63,660 nt of DNA from a bacterium (GTDB lineage: Bacteria > Armatimonadota > JACIXR01). Below the pieces are notes generated by a model. It saw only the letters and a list, made by a program, of their open reading frames with translations, was not told the DNA's origin and did no database searches. The stretch is from the NCBI GenBank assembly GCA_014360465.1, contig JACIXQ010000003.1, positions 1-63,660 on the forward strand, given 5' to 3'. The position numbers and the translations under genes are program-made. Below are positions 9,697 through 20,935 of this stretch, one piece after another (the first letter of the stretch is position 1; each line of letters opens with the position of its first letter).

Positions 9697-10989
9697 TTAT
9701 TTGATGAAACCTTCATAACGACGCATAGCTATCTGTGCTTCCAATTGTTGGATGGTCTCCACCACGACACCCACGAGGATGAGTATAGAAGTACCTCCTA
9801 CAATTGTAAAAGTTTGCTGCGGCACCCCAGTGATGGGGGCATAGTAATATTGGAGCAAAGCAACTGCAGCTAAAAACAAAGCACCAACAAAGGTTACTCT
9901 TGTAAGAACCCTATCTATATACTCCTTAGTAGGCTGACCGGGGCGAACTCCCGGAATGAACCCGCCCGCTTTCTTCAAATTATCGGCGATATCGGTAGGA
10001 TTGAACACAACAGCTGTGTAAAAATATGTGAACGCCATCACAAGGATAGCGTAAATGATTGATGCAACAACATTTACTCCCGGATGGAAGTAATAAAGAA
10101 TCTTGTTTACCCAGGAGTTAGGATTTGTTCCTCCCCCAAAAAAGCTCAGTATAGTGGAGGGGAAATATATTATCGCAGCTGCAAAGATTATCGGGATAAC
10201 CCCCGCGTTATTTAACCGAATGGGAAGAAAAGTCTGGGCTCCTGCATAGGCTCTTATCCCCACGACCTTCCTCGCATATTGAACCGGTATTTTCCTTTGA
10301 GCATTTTGCATAGCCACAACAGCGGCAATTACACCAAGGAAAAGTCCAATTAACAGCAAAACATTTATTATAGAAATAGCCCCTGCTTTCAAAAGCTCGA
10401 CGGTTTTGGAAACATCATAAGGCAATCTAACCAAGATATTGCACAATATGATTAAAGAAACACCATTACCTATACCTTTTTCGGTTATTAGCTCTCCCAA
10501 CCAGAGAAGAAAACAGGTGGCAGCGGTAAGCACTATAACAGTGCGGAAGTAATCGAAAGTGGTGAAATGTAGTATATCCTTCGCTCTTCCCAAGCCTACA
10601 CACATACCCGTTGCCTGCATTAGGGATACAAAGACAGTGAGGTAGCGGGTATATTGTCCTATTTTCTTCCTGCCTTCCTCGCCGCCCTCCTTCGCGAGCT
10701 CCTCAAGACTGGGTATAGCCATCGTCAACAGCTGCATAATGATGGATGCCGTGATGTAAGGATAAATACCCATCGCGAAGATGGTGAACTTCCTCATCGC
10801 TCCACCCGAGAAAATATCAATGAGAGAGAAAAGCCCTCCGTGGGCGAAAAGCCTTTCCAATGCTGCCCTATTAACCCCGGGTATTGGGATGTGAAGTCCC
10901 GCAATGTAAAGGGCAAACATCGCGAACACAAAAAGGATTCTCTTCCTTAAATCGGGGTAGCGGAAGGCAGCGGCAAGGGTTTGTAGCAT
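9697..10989 (-). CDS. secY: Preprotein translocase subunit SecY
   Basis: FAMGIYPYITASIIMQLL; GIGNGVSLII; RKIPVQY; GGFIPGVRPG; GGTSILILVGV. Confidence 0.98.
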   Translation of the reverse strand: MLQTLAAAFRYPDLRKRILFVFAMFALYIAGLHIPIPGVNRAALERLFAHGGLFSLIDIFSGGAMRKFTIFAMGIYPYITASIIMQLLTMAIPSLEELAKEGGEEGRKKIGQYTRYLTVFVSLMQATGMCVGLGRAKDILHFTTFDYFRTVIVLTAATCFLLWLGELITEKGIGNGVSLIILCNILVRLPYDVSKTVELLKAGAISIINVLLLIGLFLGVIAAVVAMQNAQRKIPVQYARKVVGIRAYAGAQTFLPIRLNNAGVIPIIFAAAIIYFPSTILSFFGGGTNPNSWVNKILYYFHPGVNVVASIIYAILVMAFTYFYTAVVFNPTDIADNLKKAGGFIPGVRPGQPTKEYIDRVLTRVTFVGALFLAAVALLQYYYAPITGVPQQTFTIVGGTSILILVGVVVETIQQLEAQIAMRRYEGFIK

Positions 10990-10990
10990 T

Positions 10991-11428
10991 TCAGCTTAAC
11001 ACCTCCACCTTCCCACCTACTTTTTCTATCTTCTCCTTAGCGGAATTGCTAAATGCATGCGCCTTTACGATAAGGGGTCTCTTCAATTCACCATCCCCCA
11101 AAATCTTAATAGGTATGTCCTTCTCCTTGACAAAACTTCTTTCATAGAGGAGCTGCGGGGTTATCTCTTCAACATCCTCTATGCGATTTAAGTCTTTCAA
11201 GTTAACGATTTGCCATTCTTTTTTGAAGGGATTTTTAAAGCCCTTGAGCTTGGGAAGTCGCAGATGCAAGGGTGTCTGTCCGCCTTCCATATGGAGGCTT
11301 ACACTCTCATGAGCGCGCTGCCCCTTGGTACCGCGTCCAGCAGTTTTTCCATGTCCTGAACCTATTCCTCTTCCAACTCTTTTCTTTCTCTTTCTCGGAT
11401 GCTCTATTTTTATTTCATGAATCTGCAT
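10991..11428 (-). CDS. rplO: 50S ribosomal protein L15
   Basis: [21 protein letters not shown]; EGGQTPL; ATG at 11428 follows a GGAGG SD. Confidence 0.97.
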   Translation of the reverse strand: MQIHEIKIEHPRKRKKRVGRGIGSGHGKTAGRGTKGQRAHESVSLHMEGGQTPLHLRLPKLKGFKNPFKKEWQIVNLKDLNRIEDVEEITPQLLYERSFVKEKDIPIKILGDGELKRPLIVKAHAFSNSAKEKIEKVGGKVEVLS

Positions 11429-11630
11429 TGAGCTCCCCTCCTTCATTCTCCACTATCCTCACTTCCAGAAGGTCCTGCACCTTCGCTATCATACCCTCCA
11501 CCTGGGGATTGCAAGGTTTCAGAACCTCCTGATTCACTCTCCTCAAGCCCAGAGCTTGAAGTGTGCGTCTCTTCCAAAATTTGTGTCCGATGGGACTCTT
11601 CTTTAGCCTCAGCAGGAACAACTTCCTCAT
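11415..11630 (-). CDS. rpmD: 50S ribosomal protein L30
   Basis: LKKSPIG...[12 protein letters not shown]...GMIAKV; GGAGGTG SD 7 nt before the ATG. Confidence 0.93.
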   Translation of the reverse strand: MRKLFLLRLKKSPIGHKFWKRRTLQALGLRRVNQEVLKPCNPQVEGMIAKVQDLLEVRIVENEGGELNADS

Positions 11631-12174
11631 ATTCTTTCACCTCCATCTTCCTTAACCAGGGGAGCAATTGATGTGGTTGCTTTCCCCTGTTTTTAGCAAC
11701 CTCCTCAGGTGTTTTAAGTGAAGCCAACGCTCTTAGAGTCGCCCAAACAACATTCACCGCATTGGTCGAACCTATACATTTGCTCAGAATATCCTTTATG
11801 CCTGCCATCTCTACAACCGCTCTAACCGCCCTTCCCGCAACGGTCCCAGTTCCTGGGGCAGCAGGTTTCAATAGAACTTGCGTAGCTCCGATCTTGCCAA
11901 TCACCGTGTGGGGTATAGTGCTTCCCAAAATAGGCACCTCTATTAAGTTCTTCTTTGCCTTGTTTACTGCTTTGCGAAGCGCATCGGGAAGCTCGTGAGC
12001 CTTTCCTATCCCAGCTCCTACATGTCCCGCCTTATCACCCACTACGGCAAGGACGAAAATCCTTTGCCGTCTACCTCCTTTTTGAGTTCTTGAAACCCTT
12101 TTGAAGAGCACGACACGCTCTTCAAATTGCGTCTCATCTGGAAGTACAACTTTTGTTTTCGTTTCTATCCTCAT
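11443..12174 (-). CDS. rpsE: 30S ribosomal protein S5, with a C-terminal read-through overlapping rpmD by 188 nt
   Basis: KGGRR; VVGD..GHVG.G.GKA; [20 protein letters not shown]. Confidence 0.96.
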   Translation of the reverse strand: MRIETKTKVVLPDETQFEERVVLFKRVSRTQKGGRRQRIFVLAVVGDKAGHVGAGIGKAHELPDALRKAVNKAKKNLIEVPILGSTIPHTVIGKIGATQVLLKPAAPGTGTVAGRAVRAVVEMAGIKDILSKCIGSTNAVNVVWATLRALASLKTPEEVAKNRGKQPHQLLPWLRKMEVKEYEEVVPAEAKEESHRTQILEETHTSSSGLEESESGGSETLQSPGGGYDSEGAGPSGSEDSGE

Positions 12175-12530
12175 AATTTCAATCCTCCTTCCCTTGCTCC
12201 TTCAGCTAACGCCTGAACCCTGCCGTGGTATTTGTATCCCGCCCTATCAAAAACCGCCTTTTCTATCCCTAACTCCAGTGCCCTTTTGGCAAGCAATTTG
12301 CCCACTTCTTTGGCTATCTCTTTCTTGTTTTTGCCCTCAGCAACCTCTTTTATTTCCCGGTCAAGGGATGAGGCAGAGCAGTAGGTATGCCCGATCTCAT
12401 CGTTTATAAGTTGAGCATAAATATGTTTTAGTGAACGAAAAACGCACAATCTCGGGCGCTCCGCTGTGCCGAAGACCTTCTTACGAACCCTGATGTGCCT
12501 TCTCTTTCTTGCCTTAACTTTACTGAGCAT
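12171..12530 (-). CDS. rplR: 50S ribosomal protein L18
   Basis: [15 protein letters not shown]; [22 protein letters not shown]. Confidence 0.98.
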   Translation of the reverse strand: MLSKVKARKRRHIRVRKKVFGTAERPRLCVFRSLKHIYAQLINDEIGHTYCSASSLDREIKEVAEGKNKKEIAKEVGKLLAKRALELGIEKAVFDRAGYKYHGRVQALAEGAREGGLKL

Positions 12531-12533
12531 CTA

Positions 12534-13097
12534 CTATGCACCTCCTGCTTTAGCTGCCTTACCTGGCTTAAGATGAACAACTTCGCCACGATACCTTATA
12601 CCCTTGCCGTGGTAGGGGTCAGGTGGTCTGATTGCCTTAATCTCGGCAGCCTGTTGCCCAACAACTTGCTTATCTATTCCCTTAACCACGATCAAAGGCT
12701 GGCGTGTAGTAGGGTCCTGGGAAACTTCAAAAGTGATCCCAGGCTTCGGCTTCACTACAACTGGATGAGAGAAACCAACATACAACACGAGGTTTTCCCC
12801 TTCCTTAGTTGCCCTATAACCAATGCCAACTATCTCCAAAGTTATCTCAAACCCTTTGGAAACGCCGGTAACAAGGTTGTTTATCAAAGCTCTATACAAA
12901 CCGTGAAGTGCTCGGCTTCGCTTCGTCTCCACCTTCGGTTTTACGACTATTTTGCCATCAACTATTTCTGCTTCTATCTCGGGGTGAAGTTCCAAGCTGT
13001 TTTTCCCAAGCGGTCCTTCAGCATAAATATGGTTATCCTTTATCTCCACTTTTACATTTTCTGGTATGACAACGGGCTTCCTACCAATTCGCGACAT
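12534..13097 (-). CDS. rplF: 50S ribosomal protein L6
   Basis: MSRIGRKP; LEIVGIGYRA; RPPDPYHGKGIRY. Confidence 0.98.
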   Translation of the reverse strand: MSRIGRKPVVIPENVKVEIKDNHIYAEGPLGKNSLELHPEIEAEIVDGKIVVKPKVETKRSRALHGLYRALINNLVTGVSKGFEITLEIVGIGYRATKEGENLVLYVGFSHPVVVKPKPGITFEVSQDPTTRQPLIVVKGIDKQVVGQQAAEIKAIRPPDPYHGKGIRYRGEVVHLKPGKAAKAGGA

Positions 13098-13108
13098 TCT
13101 ATTTCACC

Positions 13109-13504
13109 TCACCAGACATAGCATATAACCTCTCCTCCAACTCCCAAGCGGCGCGCTTCTCTATCCGTGAGAACGCCTTTGGAAGTGGAAAGGATTGCAA
13201 TACCCAATCCATTTAGAACCCTGGGAATTTCGTCTTTTGAAACATATACTCGTCCTCCGGGCTTACTTACCCTTTTCAAACCAGTTATCACTGGCTCTCC
13301 TTCCGGCGTGTATTTCAAGTAAATCTTCAATAGCCCTTGCTTACCATCATCCACAAATTGAAAATCGTGGATATAACCCTCTTTTCTCAATATTCGGGCT
13401 ATCTCTACCTTCAACTTGGAAGCAGGAACAACGACCACTTCCTTCTCCGCTCGTAAGGCATTCCTAATCCTGGTCAACATATCAGCGATAGGGTCAGTCA
13501 GCAC
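13109..13504 (-). CDS. rpsH: 30S ribosomal protein S8
   Basis: GTG start at 13504 gives (M)[14 protein letters not shown]; RVSKPG.RVY; STSKG. Confidence 0.97.
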   Translation of the reverse strand: MLTDPIADMLTRIRNALRAEKEVVVVPASKLKVEIARILRKEGYIHDFQFVDDGKQGLLKIYLKYTPEGEPVITGLKRVSKPGGRVYVSKDEIPRVLNGLGIAILSTSKGVLTDREARRLGVGGEVICYVW

Positions 13505-13518
13505 GATAGCTCCCTCCT

Positions 13519-13704
13519 TTACCAACTTGACTTCACCACGCCTGGTATTTGACCCTGATAGACGAGCTCGCGGAAGCATATCCTACAGAGACCAAATTGG
13601 CGGATATACCCCCGCGGTCTCCCGCATCTTGAGCAGCGGTTCCTTTGCCTCGTCTTGAATTTAGGTGGTAACTTGCTTCTTTCTATTTTTACTTTTCGCG
13701 CCAT
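13519..13704 (-). CDS. rpsN: 30S ribosomal protein S14, type Z (zinc-binding)
   Basis: 61 aa; [10 protein letters not shown]...LCRICFRE...IPGV.K.SW. Confidence 0.97.
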   Translation of the reverse strand: MARKVKIERSKLPPKFKTRQRNRCSRCGRPRGYIRQFGLCRICFRELVYQGQIPGVVKSSW

Positions 13705-15687
13705 TTATCTTTCCTCCTTGCGACTGCTTTCAATTATTTGTTGGGCTATGTGAGGGGGAACCTCCTCATAATGGGAAAATGACATTGTGAAGGTTCCCCT
13801 TCCCCCAGTAATGGAGCGAAGGTCTATGGCATATTTAAGCATTTCAGCCAAAGGAACTTGGGCTATAATTTTGTCAATCAAAGGCGATTCAGATTCTATA
13901 CCTATTATACGCCCCCTCTTACTATTGAGCCCTCCCAATACATCTCCTGTAAATGCCTTGGGCACATAAACGGTAACATTCATTATAGGTTCAAGAAGAA
14001 CAGGATCAGCTTGCTGGGCTGCGTTTTTGAACGCAATTGAAGCTGCAATCTGGAAGGCGATATCAGAGGAATCAACAGGGTGATATGAACCATCGTAAAG
14101 CGTCACTCGCACATCCACAACCGGATAGCCAGCCAAAATCCCCTCCGATAAAGCCTTCTGCACACCTTTTTCAACGGAAGGAATGTACTGGCGAGGAACC
14201 ACACCACCCACTATCTTGTTGACGAACTCAAACCCTGCACCCCTTTCAAGAGGTTCTACTAAAAGCCATACATCCCCGTATTGTCCATGCCCACCAGTCT
14301 GTCTCTTGTACTTCCCTTGAGCACTCGCAGCTTTCCTAATCGTCTCCCTATAGGGAACTTTGGGCGTAGTAAGCTCCACATCTACACCAAATTTCCTCTT
14401 GAGACGATCCACAATAACCTCAAGATGAACATCTCCCATTCCAGCAATGACAGTCTGCTTTATCTCGTTATCTCTCCACCATCGGAAAGAAGGGTCCTCC
14501 TCCGTCAAGCGATTTAGACCAGTGGACAGTTTCTCCTCATCTTCCCGGCTTTTAGGAGCTATCGCAAGTTGATATACCGGCTCTGGATAATTGATAGAGG
14601 GAAGTAAGACCAATCTTGAAGGAGCACAAAGGGTATCACCAGTGGAAGTCTCAGCTAATTTGGGAACGGCGCAAATATCTCCAGCATGAACTTTCCCGAC
14701 AACCTGTTGCTGTTTACCAATGAGCAAGTAGATTTGTCCGATTTTCTGCTGGGTATTCTTATTGACATTTATCAACGAACTATCCGTATCCAAAGTCCCA
14801 GAAAATACCCTTATAAAAGATAGCTTACCCACATATGGGTCTGTCACCGTCTTGAAGACAAAAGCGCAGGTGGGTTCATCATCGCGAGGATTGACTACAA
14901 TTTCCTCACCGCTGCTTGGTGAGGTCCCCTTTATCGGTCCTCTATCAACTGGCGAAGGGAGGTATTCCAATATGCTGTCCAACAACTGCTCAATGCCTTC
15001 GCAGGCAAGGGCAGAAACAGGTAAGACGGGGAAAATTTGTCTTTTCTTAACCCCTTCTACCAGAGTTTTCCTTATCTCCTCCTCCCCTATTTCTTCCCCA
15101 TTTATGTATTTTTCCAACAAAACATCGTTCACATCTGCCAAAGCCTCGATAAGCTTCTCCCTTTCCGCCTCCCTACCCTCCTTTCCCTTTATTATATCCT
15201 CGCTGATCAGCACGATTCCACGACTAAAGGATTCTTGTAGCTGTGTGATGACCTTATTCAAATCGGCGTTTTCTCTATCGATTTTGTTCACAACAAATAG
15301 CACCGGTAGGGAATGCTCCTGAGCTAAACGCCACATATTCTCCGTGCCTATCTCTACACCCGATACCGCGCAAACAACCAACAAAACAGCGTCAGCTGCT
15401 CTAAGAGCTCCCAGAACCTCTCCCTGAAAATCAGAGTAGCCAGGTGTATCAATAATATTTATCTTCGTTCCCTTCCAATCCAAATATGCAAGGGAGAGTG
15501 AAATGGAGGTTTTCCTCTGGATCTCTTCTGGTTCATAATCCATAACCGTGTTTCCATCCTCCACTTTTCCCATCCTGCTTATCATCTTCGCTTTGTAGAG
15601 CATAGCTTCTATTAAAGAGGTTTTACCAGCACCGCCGTGAGAGAGGACAACTACATTCCTTATATTTTCTGGGAGGAACTCTTTCAT
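13705..15687 (-). CDS. fusA2: Elongation factor G paralog (EF-G2/FusA2-like)
   Basis: G1 SHGGAGKT, G3 DTPGY, G4 NKID; domain IV RQTGGHGQYG and GSYHPVDSS; domain V VPLAEM..Y..LRS.TGGRG. Confidence 0.92.
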   Translation of the reverse strand: MKEFLPENIRNVVVLSHGGAGKTSLIEAMLYKAKMISRMGKVEDGNTVMDYEPEEIQRKTSISLSLAYLDWKGTKINIIDTPGYSDFQGEVLGALRAADAVLLVVCAVSGVEIGTENMWRLAQEHSLPVLFVVNKIDRENADLNKVITQLQESFSRGIVLISEDIIKGKEGREAEREKLIEALADVNDVLLEKYINGEEIGEEEIRKTLVEGVKKRQIFPVLPVSALACEGIEQLLDSILEYLPSPVDRGPIKGTSPSSGEEIVVNPRDDEPTCAFVFKTVTDPYVGKLSFIRVFSGTLDTDSSLINVNKNTQQKIGQIYLLIGKQQQVVGKVHAGDICAVPKLAETSTGDTLCAPSRLVLLPSINYPEPVYQLAIAPKSREDEEKLSTGLNRLTEEDPSFRWWRDNEIKQTVIAGMGDVHLEVIVDRLKRKFGVDVELTTPKVPYRETIRKAASAQGKYKRQTGGHGQYGDVWLLVEPLERGAGFEFVNKIVGGVVPRQYIPSVEKGVQKALSEGILAGYPVVDVRVTLYDGSYHPVDSSDIAFQIAASIAFKNAAQQADPVLLEPIMNVTVYVPKAFTGDVLGGLNSKRGRIIGIESESPLIDKIIAQVPLAEMLKYAIDLRSITGGRGTFTMSFSHYEEVPPHIAQQIIESSRKEER

Positions 15688-15696
15688 AGCCTCACA

Positions 15697-16278
15697 TCAC
15701 TCCTCTCTAAAGGGGCATCCCAATAGTCTAAGCATCGTCCTTGCTTCAACATCGCTCTTTGCGTTTGTCACTATCGTTATGTTCATTCCCCTCACCTTAT
15801 CCACCTTATCTATTTCCACCTCAGGGAAAATGGTCTGTTCCTCCAAACCGAAGCTCAAATTACCCTGACCGTCCATCTTCTGGGTTAACCCTTTAAAGTC
15901 TCTTACTCTCGGCAGGACAATCGCGAAAAGCTTCTGAAGAAAATGCCACATCCTATCGCCACGCAAGGTGACCTTACAACCAATGGGCATACCCTTGCGC
16001 AACTTGAAAGCAGAGATGGATTTTCTCGCCTTGCAAACCATAGGCATCTGACCAGTTATAAGGGCAAGGTCTCTCTTAGCAGAATCTATTTCCTTGGCGT
16101 CCTGCACAGCCTCACCTACGCCCATATTCACCACAACTTTTTGTATGCGTGGAACTTCCATAATATTCTTATAGTTAAACAGCCTCATCATCTCCGGCAC
16201 TACGAAGTTCAAATACCTCTCCTTAAGAGAGGGAAGCTCCTTTTGGGGCATAGAGGGGGCTTGCTTTTCAGACTTCAT
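15697..16278 (-). CDS. rplE: 50S ribosomal protein L5
   Basis: VPRIQKVVVNMGVGEA; KSISAFKLRKG; LPRVRDFKG; IFPEV. Confidence 0.98.
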   Translation of the reverse strand: MKSEKQAPSMPQKELPSLKERYLNFVVPEMMRLFNYKNIMEVPRIQKVVVNMGVGEAVQDAKEIDSAKRDLALITGQMPMVCKARKSISAFKLRKGMPIGCKVTLRGDRMWHFLQKLFAIVLPRVRDFKGLTQKMDGQGNLSFGLEEQTIFPEVEIDKVDKVRGMNITIVTNAKSDVEARTMLRLLGCPFREE

Positions 16279-16615
16279 CTATGAGCTCACCACACTTTCT
16301 ACATTTTCGTGCCTTAACGCCGTCCCTCACAATGACCATTTGAGGACGGGTTCTCTTATCACAATGAGGGCAAACAAGCATCACATCGGATATATCTATC
16401 GGGGCAGGTTTCTCAACGATACCACCTTGTGGCACCTTCTGAGAAGGACGCAAGTGCCGCTTGACCAATTTAACACCCTCTATCACCACCCTACCTTTCT
16501 CTGGGATAACCTTTATCACGGTTCCCCTTTTACCCTTCTCCACACCACTTATCACTTCTACTGTGTCTCCCTTCTTTATTTTATAATGTATGACTTTCTC
16601 TTTCGTTTTCATCAC
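16268..16615 (-). CDS. rplX: 50S ribosomal protein L24
   Basis: [18 protein letters not shown]; API.ISDVML. Confidence 0.97.
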   Translation of the reverse strand: MMKTKEKVIHYKIKKGDTVEVISGVEKGKRGTVIKVIPEKGRVVIEGVKLVKRHLRPSQKVPQGGIVEKPAPIDISDVMLVCPHCDKRTRPQMVIVRDGVKARKCRKCGELIDEV

Positions 16616-16977
16616 ACTACCTCCGGAGCAAGAGATATTATTCTCGTAAAGCCTTTATCTCGCAATTCTCGTGCCACCGGTCCAAAGACTCTACTTCCCA
16701 TAGGATTGCCCTGTTGGTCTAAAAGGACAACAGCGTTATCATCAAACTTTACCCAGGTACCATCAGGGCGCCTGATGGGAGCTCGGGTTCGTACCACGAC
16801 AGCCCGAACAACCGTCCCTTTCTCAACCGGTGAGTTGGGAATAGCATCCTTCACAGTGGCGACAATGATGTCGCCAACTCTACCATATTTGGCATTCTTC
16901 TTTAATACCCTGATGCATTCAACAATTTTAGCACCAGTATTATCAGCAACAGTTAAACGGGTATAGGGTTTTATCAT
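16612..16977 (-). CDS. rplN: 50S ribosomal protein L14
   Basis: [17 protein letters not shown]; KFDDNAVV; [10 protein letters not shown]; SLAPEVV. Confidence 0.98.
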   Translation of the reverse strand: MIKPYTRLTVADNTGAKIVECIRVLKKNAKYGRVGDIIVATVKDAIPNSPVEKGTVVRAVVVRTRAPIRRPDGTWVKFDDNAVVLLDQQGNPMGSRVFGPVARELRDKGFTRIISLAPEVV

Positions 16978-17252
16978 ACTTCGCCCTCCCTTTTGATTAT
17001 TCTGACTAATCTCCAACGTTTTGTTTTGGATAAGGGTCTTGTCTCCATTATCTCCACGACATCGCCAACTTTAGCCTCATTGAACTCATCATGTGCTTTG
17101 AATTTACTTGTCTTCTTCAATACCTTAGGATATAAGGGGTGGCGAACCAACCTGGTTACCGCCACAACTATAGTTTTATCCATTTTGTCGCTAACAACGA
17201 CACCCCGGAATACTTTTCTTTTCCCTCTGGTTTTGGGAGTCGTGTCGGTCAT
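16974..17252 (-). CDS. rpsQ: 30S ribosomal protein S17
   Basis: [14 protein letters not shown]; [24 protein letters not shown]. Confidence 0.98.
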   Translation of the reverse strand: MTDTTPKTRGKRKVFRGVVVSDKMDKTIVVAVTRLVRHPLYPKVLKKTSKFKAHDEFNEAKVGDVVEIMETRPLSKTKRWRLVRIIKREGEV

Positions 17253-17443
17253 ATTTTGAGCCCCCTTTCCCGAAGAATTGTAAGAATTCGGGCTATATCC
17301 TTTCTCACAGCGCTCATTCGCTTAGGATTTGCTAACTGCTTCGTTTCCCTTTGAATACGCAGGTTAAACAATTCCTGTTTTAGCTCTGCATATTGCTGTA
17401 ATAATTCCTCGTTGGTCTTTTCCCGTAATTCAGCAGCTCTCAC
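17249..17443 (-). CDS. rpmC: 50S ribosomal protein L29
   Basis: ELR....EL...LKQELFNLR; RKDIARILT. Confidence 0.96.
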   Translation of the reverse strand: MRAAELREKTNEELLQQYAELKQELFNLRIQRETKQLANPKRMSAVRKDIARILTILRERGLKI

Positions 17444-17880
17444 TTTTGGACCACCTCCTCAGCTTCCTCCTTTTCTTTTTCCACTATTTTGACCTTGAAG
17501 GGGAGCTTATAGGAGGCTATGCGAAGGGCTTCAACTGCTATATCCCTATCTACACCACCAACTTCAAGGATTATGCGTCCCCGCTTGACTGGAGCCACCC
17601 ACTCCTCGGGCGAACCCTTACCGCCACCCATACGGGTTTCCGCGGGTTTTTTGGTAACCACATGATCGGGGAAGACACGCAGGTAAATCTTGCCACCTTT
17701 CTGCAAGTAACGGGAGATGGCAACCCGTGCTGCTTCAAGGGCACGGGCTGAAAGCCAACCAGTTTCCAGGGAACGCAAGCCGAACTCGCCAAATGCGAGG
17801 GTAGTTCCCTTTGTAGCTTTACCCTTTAACCATCCTAAATGTGGCTTTCTATATTTCGTCCGCTTCGGCTGTAGGGGCAT
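17440..17880 (-). CDS. rplP: 50S ribosomal protein L16
   Basis: [10 protein letters not shown]; ETRMGGGKG; A.YKLP. Confidence 0.98.
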   Translation of the reverse strand: MPLQPKRTKYRKPHLGWLKGKATKGTTLAFGEFGLRSLETGWLSARALEAARVAISRYLQKGGKIYLRVFPDHVVTKKPAETRMGGGKGSPEEWVAPVKRGRIILEVGGVDRDIAVEALRIASYKLPFKVKIVEKEKEEAEEVVQK

Positions 17881-18532
17881 ATTCTATTTCCTCCTCTCTT
17901 CGCTCGGGCAATTCTTCGCCCTTGTATATCCATACCTGAACTCCGATCGTGCCATATTTTGTAAGGGCTACTGCATAGCCGTAATCTATATCGGCACTAA
18001 ATGTAGAAAGGGGCAATTTGCCCTCCATAACAGCCTCATCTCTTGCCAATTCAGCCCCCGCCAGTCTACCCGAACACTCTATCTTTATCCCCCTTGCTCC
18101 AGCTCTCATAGCTCTCATTACCGCCTGACGCATCGCCCTTTTATAGGCGACCCTTTTCTCTATCTGGCTCGCTACGGTTTCCGCTACCACTTGTGCATCG
18201 GTTTCCGGGAATCTTATCTCTTCGACATTTATCTTAACCTCTTTGCCAGTCATCTCCTGCAAACGGTTCACCAACTCCTCTATCGTTTTACCACCTCGCC
18301 CTATAACGATGCCGGGGCGGGCAGTATTTATGGTTATAGTGATGGTATCCGAAGCGCGCTCTATGATAATCCTACTAATGCCTGCGTTTTTCAACTGCTG
18401 CTTTATGAAATCCCGTATCTTCAAGTCTTCCTGTAGGAATTCAGTGTATCTCCTACCCTTAGCGAACCAGCGGGAATCAGGTAATCTATTGATTCCCAAT
18501 CGCAGAGCTATTGGGCTTACTTTCTGTCCCAT
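17849..18532 (-). CDS. rpsC: 30S ribosomal protein S3
   Basis: MGQKV.P..LRLG; [10 protein letters not shown]; SGRLAGAE; DIDYG. Confidence 0.98.
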   Translation of the reverse strand: MGQKVSPIALRLGINRLPDSRWFAKGRRYTEFLQEDLKIRDFIKQQLKNAGISRIIIERASDTITITINTARPGIVIGRGGKTIEELVNRLQEMTGKEVKINVEEIRFPETDAQVVAETVASQIEKRVAYKRAMRQAVMRAMRAGARGIKIECSGRLAGAELARDEAVMEGKLPLSTFSADIDYGYAVALTKYGTIGVQVWIYKGEELPERREEEIEYAPTAEADEI

Positions 18533-18536
18533 TTTA

Positions 18537-18869
18537 TTAAACCTCCTCCACTATTACAGTTATATGGCTTGTGGGCTTCATTATCCGATAGGCTCTTCCC
18601 ATTGCCCTCGGTCGTATTCTTTTTAAAAATGGTCCTTTATCAATGAGAACATTCTTCACCCTTAGCCTATCAGGGTCCATATTGTGATTATTTTGCGCAT
18701 TTGCTACAGCCGACTTCAAGACATCCTTAATAATCCTGGCTGGCTTTGTTGCCAGCAATTCAAGCATAGCCTCCGCCTCCTTGACATTCTTTCCTTTTAC
18801 CAATAATGCCACCCTTCTCCCTTTTAAAGGAGACATTCTAACATAACGAGCGACAGCCCTAGCTTCCAT
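18537..18869 (-). CDS. rplV: 50S ribosomal protein L22
   Basis: [10 protein letters not shown]; [10 protein letters not shown]; RPRAMGRA; SHITV. Confidence 0.98.
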   Translation of the reverse strand: MEARAVARYVRMSPLKGRRVALLVKGKNVKEAEAMLELLATKPARIIKDVLKSAVANAQNNHNMDPDRLRVKNVLIDKGPFLKRIRPRAMGRAYRIMKPTSHITVIVEEV

Positions 18870-19151
18870 TTACCCTCTTCTCCTTTCCTCTTCTTCCTTC
18901 TCCTCGCCGTGACCTCTAAAGGTTCGGGTAGGAACGAATTCACCGAGTTTATGACCTACCATCCTCTCCGTTATATAAATGGGAATATGCCTCTTTCCGC
19001 TATATACCGCTATAGTCCTGCCCACCATCTCGGGTATTATATCGGAGCGGCGGGACCAGGTTTTGATGATTGTATCTTTATCAAATTTCCGCAGTTTTTC
19101 CAAAAGATGAGCATCCACAAAGGGACCTTTCTTCTTACTTCTACCCATCAC
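18870..19151 (-). CDS. rpsS: 30S ribosomal protein S19
   Basis: RS.KKGPFVD; IKTWSRRS; [12 protein letters not shown]. Confidence 0.98.
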   Translation of the reverse strand: MMGRSKKKGPFVDAHLLEKLRKFDKDTIIKTWSRRSDIIPEMVGRTIAVYSGKRHIPIYITERMVGHKLGEFVPTRTFRGHGEEKEEEERRRG

Positions 19152-19975
19152 TGCTTCCTCCTTTGCAAAATGAACTGGTCTGTCTTCTTATTGCGGCGAG
19201 TCTTCACGCCACGCGCTGGCTTACCCCAAGGGGTCTTGGGATGAGGCATTCCGATGGGCGCTTTCCCTTCTCCACCACCATGGGGATGATCGCGAGGGGT
19301 CATTGCAGAACCCCTTACATGGGGACGTCTCCCCAGATATCTGCTTCTTCCCGCCTTGCCCAATTTAACATTTTCGTGGTCTATGTTACCGACCTGCCCT
19401 ATCGTCGCCTTACAATCCAAGTGAATAAGTCTTATCTCCCCAGAGGGTAATTTGACCTGAGCATAATCGCCTTCTTTAGCCATTAATTGCGCGCTTGCTC
19501 CAGCAGCTCTCACCAATTTCCCTCCCCCACCTGGCACAAGTTCTATATTATGAATTATTGTTCCAAGTGCTATGTTCCGCAGAGGTAAGGCATTGCCTAC
19601 CTTCTGGGGGGCATCCGGACCGGACATCACTGTGTCTCCAACCTTCAAACCATCAGGAGCTAATATATACCTTTTCTCACCATCTGCATACTGCAATAAA
19701 GCTATATAAGCAGTCCTGCAAGGGTCATATTCTATTGCTATAACCTTCGCAGGAATGCCATCCTTATCCCTCTTGAAATCTATTATCCTATATAGCCTTT
19801 TGCTACCTCCTCCCCTGAACCTTGTGGTAATAACACCCTGGTTGTTTCGCCCACCCGTCCTCTTGAGCGGGCGAACCAACGATTTTTCAGGTTCCTTTTT
19901 GGTTATCTCCTCAAAGGTCGGGAAGGTTGCAGTTCTTCTTCCTGGTGTTGTAGGCTTGACTTCTTTTATCGGCAT
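19148..19975 (-). CDS. rplB: 50S ribosomal protein L2
   Basis: GGRNNQG; IEYDP.R.A.IAL; [16 protein letters not shown]. Confidence 0.99.
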   Translation of the reverse strand: MPIKEVKPTTPGRRTATFPTFEEITKKEPEKSLVRPLKRTGGRNNQGVITTRFRGGGSKRLYRIIDFKRDKDGIPAKVIAIEYDPCRTAYIALLQYADGEKRYILAPDGLKVGDTVMSGPDAPQKVGNALPLRNIALGTIIHNIELVPGGGGKLVRAAGASAQLMAKEGDYAQVKLPSGEIRLIHLDCKATIGQVGNIDHENVKLGKAGRSRYLGRRPHVRGSAMTPRDHPHGGGEGKAPIGMPHPKTPWGKPARGVKTRRNKKTDQFILQRRKQ

Positions 19976-19994
19976 ATCTTTATCACGCTCCTAA

Positions 19995-20288
19995 TCATAA
20001 CCCTTCAAATATATCTATTTTTCCTTCTTTAACGGATACGATTGCTTTTTTCCAATTCTTCGTCCTACCGGTCGTCCTTCTACCCCAGAACATCGTGCGC
20101 TGTTTACCCTTTACATTTATCGTATGTACATCTCCTACCCGCACCTTGAACAACATTTCTACCGCACTTTTTATCTCGTGCTTGTTGGCATCTGGAGCAA
20201 CCTCAAAGGTATATTTTCCCTCCCTAGCCAATCTGAGGGATTTTTCTGTTATCAACGGTCTGATTATTATATCCCTTGGGTCTCTCAT
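19995..20288 (-). CDS. rplW: 50S ribosomal protein L23
   Basis: [10 protein letters not shown]; YTFEV..DANK.EIK.AVE; WKKAIV. Confidence 0.97.
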   Translation of the reverse strand: MRDPRDIIIRPLITEKSLRLAREGKYTFEVAPDANKHEIKSAVEMLFKVRVGDVHTINVKGKQRTMFWGRRTTGRTKNWKKAIVSVKEGKIDIFEGL

Positions 20289-20290
20289 CC

Positions 20291-20932
20291 CTACTCTCCC
20301 TCCTCACTCAATCTTTGTTCAATGATTTCAACTGCAGGTCTGGTCATAAGAACTACCTGAGCAGATAACACATCATAGGTATTCAAATCGCAGGCTCGCA
20401 CAACCCCAACCAAATTGGGCAAATTGCGAGCTGATAGATAAACAAACGGATCGATATTCTCCAAAACTATTAGGACGGTCTTATCCATTATACCCAAAGA
20501 ACGGAGAATCGCCTCCATCTTCTTGGTCTTGGGTTCGTCTATCTTTATCTCGTCGACGACCAATATTTCACCATCGGCTAATTTAGCCGATAGGGCAGAC
20601 CGCAAAGCTCCTTTCCGCTGATTCTTTGTGAGATAGAAGGAATAATCCCTTGGTTTGGGACCAAATACCACTCCGCCACCAACCCACTGAGGCGCTCTTA
20701 TTGAACCCTGACGTGCTCTTCCTGTTCCCTTTTGTCTCCAGGGCTTTCTACCCCCGCCTCTGACCTCTCCTCTTGTCTTCGTGGAATGGGTCCCCTGCCT
20801 CTGGTTAGCAAGATAAGATAGCACAGCCTGATGCATCAGGTCATGATTCGGTTCCACACCGAAGACTTCGTCTTTGAGGTCTATTTTGCCGATAGTTTTA
20901 CCTTCAAGGTTTAAAAGCGCAACCTCGGGCAT
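20291..20932 (-). CDS. rplD: 50S ribosomal protein L4
   Basis: [33 protein letters not shown]. Confidence 0.98.
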   Translation of the reverse strand: MPEVALLNLEGKTIGKIDLKDEVFGVEPNHDLMHQAVLSYLANQRQGTHSTKTRGEVRGGGRKPWRQKGTGRARQGSIRAPQWVGGGVVFGPKPRDYSFYLTKNQRKGALRSALSAKLADGEILVVDEIKIDEPKTKKMEAILRSLGIMDKTVLIVLENIDPFVYLSARNLPNLVGVVRACDLNTYDVLSAQVVLMTRPAVEIIEQRLSEEGE

Positions 20933-20935
20933 TCT

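Noticed and set aside
6525-13704. Zinc-type S4, L36 and S14, and the zinc-lid adenylate kinase
   Set aside because: These are well-known common variants.
17849-17880. Short overlaps such as rpsC/rplP, map/infA, adk/map and rplX/rplE
   Set aside because: Overlaps of 10-35 nt are ordinary translational coupling in ribosomal operons.
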